From a virus, in UHGV virus genome UHGV-0394570: DNA of 13,411 bases; one strand, given 5' to 3'. The notes beneath the pieces were generated by a model. It worked only from the letters and a program-made list of their open reading frames with translations. It had not been told where the DNA came from and did not search any database. This document shows positions 13,308 to 13,411 of the stretch, piece after piece. The position numbers and the translations under genes were made by a program. Within the stretch, counting starts at the first letter, position 1; every line of letters begins with the position of its first letter.

Positions 13308-13411
13308 ATGCAAAAAAAAGAAATTCGCCGTTTACGTCTCAAGGAGTGGTTTAAAGATAAAACTCTGCCACCCAAAGAGAAGAGCTACCTATCTCAACTA
13401 ATGAGCGGGAG
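13308..13411 (+). CDS. Phage repressor (cI/RacR-like), N-terminal part only; likely leaderless mRNA
   Basis: ATG at 13308, translation MQKKEIRRLRLKEWFKDKTLPPKEKSYLSQLMSG with the start of an HTH; runs off the window end. No SD; the -10 lies immediately upstream. Confidence 0.6.
   Translation, partial: MQKKEIRRLRLKEWFKDKTLPPKEKSYLSQLMSG

Noticed and set aside
1-13411. CRISPR arrays, IS elements, integrase or att sites
   Set aside because: No regularly spaced direct repeats with unique spacers, no transposase-like or integrase-like ORFs and no terminal inverted repeats were seen. The only repeat families are the origin iterons, the operator repeats and the paired terminators.

Overview
Almost the whole window is one co-directional (minus-strand) block from a lambdoid, Stx-phage-like prophage of an enterobacterial (E. 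coli-like) host. From right to left it holds a divergent repressor / Cro-like switch (13.2-13.4 kb), a YdaT-like protein, an O-like replication initiator carrying an iteron origin, a DnaC-like helicase loader, a nin-type region of small unknown genes ending in a Hok toxin and a YgiW/BOF periplasmic moron, a DUF968/HNH protein, RusA, a Q-like antiterminator with a tR'-like terminator, a beta-class DNA methyltransferase, an ileZ-argN-argO-like tRNA triad, a NanS-p-like esterase broken by a 100-N assembly gap, and the start of a small membrane protein. No stxAB is present between the tRNAs and the esterase; that slot instead holds two small acidic ORFs bracketed by near-identical terminators, plus a TerB-like gene. 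The best candidates for undescribed biology are this cargo slot and a tightly coupled cluster of small proteins with two unannotated hydrophobic micro-ORFs just upstream of hok. All calls come from reading the sequence and recalled family signatures; no database search was run. The ORF track uses GTG/TTG starts, so several starts were moved to the ATG with the best Shine-Dalgarno (SD).
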